Assembly: GCA_018401555.1 (NCBI GenBank)
Contig: JAGYKP010000086.1
Span: 42,049-106,048, forward strand
Reading direction: 5' to 3'
DNA: 64,000 nucleotides
DNA from: Halomonas sp.
Lineage (GTDB): Bacteria; Pseudomonadota; Gammaproteobacteria; Pseudomonadales; Halomonadaceae
Part shown: one piece after another, positions 61,976 through 64,000 of the stretch
Numbering within the stretch: the stretch's first letter is position 1
Layout of the letters: every line of letters begins with the position of its first letter
The notes under the pieces: model-generated
Told to the model about the DNA's origin: nothing
The model's input: the letters and a program-made list of their open reading frames with translations, nothing else
Databases searched by the model: none
Made by a program: the position numbers and the translations under genes

Positions 61976-62038
61976 GGCAGGACTCCGGGGGCATCAATGG
62001 CTCGGGGTGAATCCGGGAGGCGAGTTCGCGGCGACGCG

Positions 62039-62485
62039 TCAGGGAAGTTCGGGCAGGTCTAGGGAGTGGCCGTGGGCCAAGCCGTGCTCCAGCCACTCGC
62101 CGAGGAAGCGGTTGAGCTGCAGCTTCTCGTCCGGCTGGTGCATCTGGGCATTGGGATAGCGGTAGCGGCCGTGGAAATGGCGCTGGCGCTGGAAGTCGGT
62201 GACCTCGGCCATGCGCACGTCGTGGTAAAGGTGCACGCGCATGCGCGGCGTCTCGAGGTAGTCGTCGAGGATGCCGCGCTGGGAGGCCTCACGATGCATG
62301 GCGCACGGCGCGCGCTCCTGCGAGGCAGGCCGGCTCGCCCACCTGGCGGCCATGGCTCACCAGCTCCACCTCACGGGTCTCGCCCGGCTCCAGCTCGCCA
62401 TCAGGCGCACGAGCCGCAGGTAGTTGACGCTGCACTCGCCCTGCAGGCTCTTGAGGTCGGTCACATAGGCGTTTCTGTTCGGCAC
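62039..62485 (-). CDS. DUF1249 (YqiB) protein (frameshifts)
   Basis: YVTDLKSLQGECSVNYLRL; LYHDVRMAEV; YRYPNAQMHQPDEKLQLNRFLGEWL. Confidence 0.88.
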
Positions 62486-62486
62486 G

Positions 62487-63127
62487 CTACCTCCTCGCTC
62501 GCAATGAGGCCCGCTCGCCCACCAGCCAGTGGAAGGCGATCAGACACATGGCATTGTCGAGTCGTCCAGCCTGCAGGAGTTCCCAGGCCCGCGCAAACGG
62601 CAGCACATGCACGCGGATATCCTCGTGCTCCGCGTCCAGGCCGTGCACCCCGCCCAGGCCGCGGCTGTCGACCAGGCCACAGAACAGCGTGACCCGCTCG
62701 TCGCAGGCGCCGGGGCTGGGATAGTAGGCATGCAGCTCGATCAGCTCGCCCACCTCGCAGCCCGCCTCCTCGAGGGATTCCCGGCGTGCCACCTCGGCGA
62801 CACTCTCGCTGTGCTCCACCAGGCCTGCCACCACCTCGAGCTTCCAGGGCGAGGCCGGATCGTCCAGGGCACCGGGGCGGAACTGCTCCACCAGCACCAC
62901 GGCGTCGCGCTCGGGATCGTAGAGCAGCACGCCCACGGCGTCGTGGCGGTGGTGCACCTCGCGCACCATCGGCTCGCTCCAGCCGCCCTCGAAAAGGCGG
63001 TGACGCAGGTGAAGCTCCTCGAGGCGGAAGAAGCCCTGTGCGGGCAGCGCCGCTCCAGCAGTTCCACATCGGCGCGGGTGAAGGGCGCCGCCGTTGCCGG
63101 GTCGGGTACCTCTGGCGTGTCACTCAT
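62487..63127 (-). CDS. nudF: ADP-ribose pyrophosphatase (frameshift near 63040)
   Basis: LVEQFRPG, Nudix box AGLVE..E...VARRESLEEAG, SPGACDE, EHEDIRV. Confidence 0.92.
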
Positions 63128-63198
63128 GGCGGTCTCCGCTGGCGCAAAGACGCCCATTATCGTGACCCGAGGCGTCGATGCCAACCGCCGGCCTGGTG

Positions 63199-63846
63199 TC
63201 AGAGGCGTTGCTGCAGAGCACGCGCCTCGTCGCGCAGCGCCTCGTCGGAGGCCTGGCGGTCGGGGCGGGCCTGGCCCTCCACCGCACGGCGGGCATGCTC
63301 GCGAGCCTCGTCCAGGCGCCCCTCCTCCTCGAGGAAGGCGGCGTAGTAGAAGTTGACGTCGATGCCGTCGGGGCGAATCGAAAGCGCCTGCGCGAACATC
63401 TGCTCGGCGGTCTCGCTGTCACCGAAGCCCATCAGCCCGCCCGGCACGCGATCGTAGAGGGCTCCCAGGGTGACGTAGGCGGAGCCATTATGGCCCCGGG
63501 GATCGAGCTCGACGGCCCGCTCCAGGGCCTCGCGGGCGCTCTTGGCGCTGGAAAGCGCCCCCAGGCCGCTGCGCTCACGGGCCCATGAGGCCTCGATGAT
63601 GCCCTGCCACACCAGCGGCACCGCCGCGTCGGGGTGCTCAGCCACTAGCCGCTCGGCCTGGCCAGCGAGGGCCTTCAAGCCATCGCCGCGCTGCCCCTCG
63701 GGCTGCTCGGTAATCAGGCGTTCCCAGTGGTTCTTCATGCCCTCCACTCGGGCCTCCCAGGCATGGGCAGCGGCCAGCGGCAGGACGGCGAGGCCGAGGC
63801 TCAGTCCCACGCCCATGGCGGTATTCAGCAGTCGACGTCGCAACAT
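63199..63846 (-). CDS. Exported TPR-like hypothetical protein
   Basis: Signal peptide; GLGALSSAKSAREALERAV, AYVTLGALY, GIDVNFYYAAFL helical repeats. Confidence 0.75.
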   Translation of the reverse strand: MLRRRLLNTAMGVGLSLGLAVLPLAAAHAWEARVEGMKNHWERLITEQPEGQRGDGLKALAGQAERLVAEHPDAAVPLVWQGIIEASWARERSGLGALSSAKSAREALERAVELDPRGHNGSAYVTLGALYDRVPGGLMGFGDSETAEQMFAQALSIRPDGIDVNFYYAAFLEEEGRLDEAREHARRAVEGQARPDRQASDEALRDEARALQQRL

Positions 63847-64000
63847 CTCGGATCTCCTTTGGGGTGTTGGTATTGTGCTCCCGACCTGGAATGTAACGAA
63901 CGTTTGAATGATTGACCAGCCACCACGCCTCCCCGTCACCACTTGGCTACTGCTTGGCCACCCCGGGCGCATGGCGTATGGTCCCGCCAGACACTCAGAC

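Overview
High-GC gammaproteobacterial chromosome. Gene content and order suggest Halomonadaceae (inference). Many essential genes carry 1-bp indels (pepN, purA, hisZ, hflK, mutL, parC, parE, pgi, leuA; worst at about 35.8-39.6 kb), which I read as long-read consensus errors rather than pseudogenes. The core blocks are purA-hisZ-hflC-hflK-hflX-hfq-miaA-mutL-amiB-tsaE-nnr, queG-orn-rsgA-rhodanese-psd-epmA-efp-epmB-leuA, and nudF-yqiB-cpdA...cmoBA-pgi-yqiA-parE-parC-serB. Two accessory regions stand out. (1) At 10.4-20.4 kb is a six-gene alginate-like synthase operon with a candidate sigma54 promoter. A UDP-glucose dehydrogenase replaces AlgD, followed by Alg8 (with an extra beta-helix-cap-like tail), Alg44 (PilZ), a PL14-like lyase, a PL5 lyase and a long SEL1 lipoprotein; AlgE/G/X/IJF/A are absent. 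It is a candidate c-di-GMP-regulated poly-glucuronate (glucuronan) system. (2) At 54.4-61.2 kb is a mosaic hotspot with mazEF, duplicated 3' ends of cmoB and of a Zn-peptidase gene, a three-gene sensor/HAMP-MFS fusion plus binding-protein operon, and a complete tnpB-only IS200/IS605 element. Its predicted guide matches the intact Zn-peptidase gene 5.3 kb away except for synonymous changes at the TAM and seed. Also seen: a CUA-rich leuA leader/attenuator, a Nav-like channel with a TFEDWTD filter, a structured ~110-bp repeat with compensatory changes, a heptamer array upstream of mutL, and a candidate sRNA between epmA and efp.
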